From contig JBMRGM010000043.1 in NCBI GenBank assembly GCA_052327205.1, forward strand, positions 30,938,001-31,002,000: a stretch of 64,000 bases of DNA. Reading direction: 5' to 3'. Below the pieces are notes generated by a model. It worked only from the letters and a program-made list of their open reading frames with translations. It searched no databases and was not told the origin of the DNA. The stretch comes from Somniosus microcephalus. Taxonomy: Eukaryota. The stretch's first letter is position 1. Every line of letters begins with the position of its first letter. Shown here in pieces: positions 62,795-64,000 of this stretch. A program made the position numbers and the translations under genes.

Positions 62795-64000
62795 TCATAA
62801 GAACATAAGAAATAGGAGCAGGAGTAGGCCAATCGGCCCCTCGAGCCTGCTCTGCCATTGAATTAGATCATGGTTGATCTGATCCTAACCTCAAATCTAC
62901 TTCCACTCTCCATCCCACCCGAACCTATGTGATCTCCCAGGAGAGGAGAAAAACCAGATAAAAAACCCAATGGCCAATTTGGGAGAAAAAATCTGGGAAA
63001 TTCCTCTCCGACCTATCTAGGCGATCGAAACTCGTCCAGGAGAGCACTCTGTCCATGTTATTCCTACAGTACTTACCTTCTGTAAAAGGTGACCTCCACC
63101 CCAGCCAGCAACAGGCCCAATTTACTCTTGAAGGACACCTAGCTGGCAGCCTGTTCCCGAGGTCTCCACTAATTCCTGTGAATAGAACCATCTCCTGAAA
63201 TGTAGCACAGAATTAGAACACAAGAAGTAGGAGCAGGACCAGGCTACACGGTCCCTGGGCCCACTCCGCCACCCACAGAGCCATGACCGATCCGAACCTA
63301 GACTCATGTCCAATTTCCTGCCCGCTCCCCGTAACCCCTAATTCCCTTTACTTCTAGGAAACTGTCTATTCCTGTTTTAAATTTATTTAATGATGTAGCT
63401 TCCACAGCTTTCTGGGGCAGCAAGTTCCACAGACCTACTACCCTCTGTGTGAAGAAGTTTCTCCTCATCTCAGTTTTGAAAGTGCAGTTTCTTATTCTAA
63501 GATTATGCCCCCTAGTTCTAGTTTCACCCATCATTGGGAACATCCTCACCGCATCCACCCGATCAAGCCCCTTCACAATCTTATATGTTTCAATAAGATC
63601 GCCACTCATTCTTCTGAACTCAAATGAGTAGAGTCCCAATATACTCAACCACCCCTCATATGTCCACCCCCTCATCCCCGGGATTAACCGAGTGAACCTT
63701 CTTTGTACTGCCTCGAGAGCAAGTATGTATTTTCTTAAGTATCGACACCAAAACTGTATGCAGTATTCCAGGTGCGGTCTCACCAATACCGTGCATAACT
63801 GCAGCAATACCTCCCTGTTCTTATATTTTATCCCCCTAGCAATAAAGGCCAACATTCCATTGGCCACCCATGCCAGACTATTTCCCCAATTCCATGATCA
63901 TCTGCTGCACCTGCATACTAACATTTGGAGTTTCGTGCACCAGGACCCCCAGTTCCCTTTGTACTGCAGTACTTTCCAGTTTCTTGCCATTAAGATAATA
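62795..64000 (-). mobile_element. CR1 LINE 3' region (runs off window) with extended or nested 3' sequence
   Basis: ORF 63304..63867(-) RPHLEYCIQFW..MRRNFFTQRVVGLWN; cataagaacataagaa tail at about 62796. Confidence 0.9.

Overview
Eukaryotic DNA, most likely from a cartilaginous fish (inferred from the CR1 LINE, HE1/SacSINE-type SINE and Penelope repeat landscape). The window holds part of a tandem cluster of Fc-receptor-like (FCR/FCRL-type) Ig-superfamily receptor genes on the + strand, reconstructed by hand from splice sites. Gene A (about 8.75-36.4 kb) looks intact: split leader (31-bp + 30-bp exons), six C2-type Ig exons, an uncharged TM and a multi-exon tail with two canonical ITIMs, about 700 aa, so inhibitory type. 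Unit B (about 37.4-46.9 kb) keeps promoter, first leader exon and two cytoplasmic exons but lacks all Ig and TM exons. Unit C (46.9-62 kb) lacks a 5' end and has three intact Ig exons, one LINE-broken Ig pseudoexon, a TM with an Arg at the outer face and a short tail without ITIM exons, so activating type. Positions 1-4.1 kb are the 3' end of a further upstream paralog. The main finding is a paired inhibitory/activating FcR-like receptor family undergoing birth-and-death evolution and exon shuffling. The B+C fusion is fully in frame. All gene models are predictions without transcript support.
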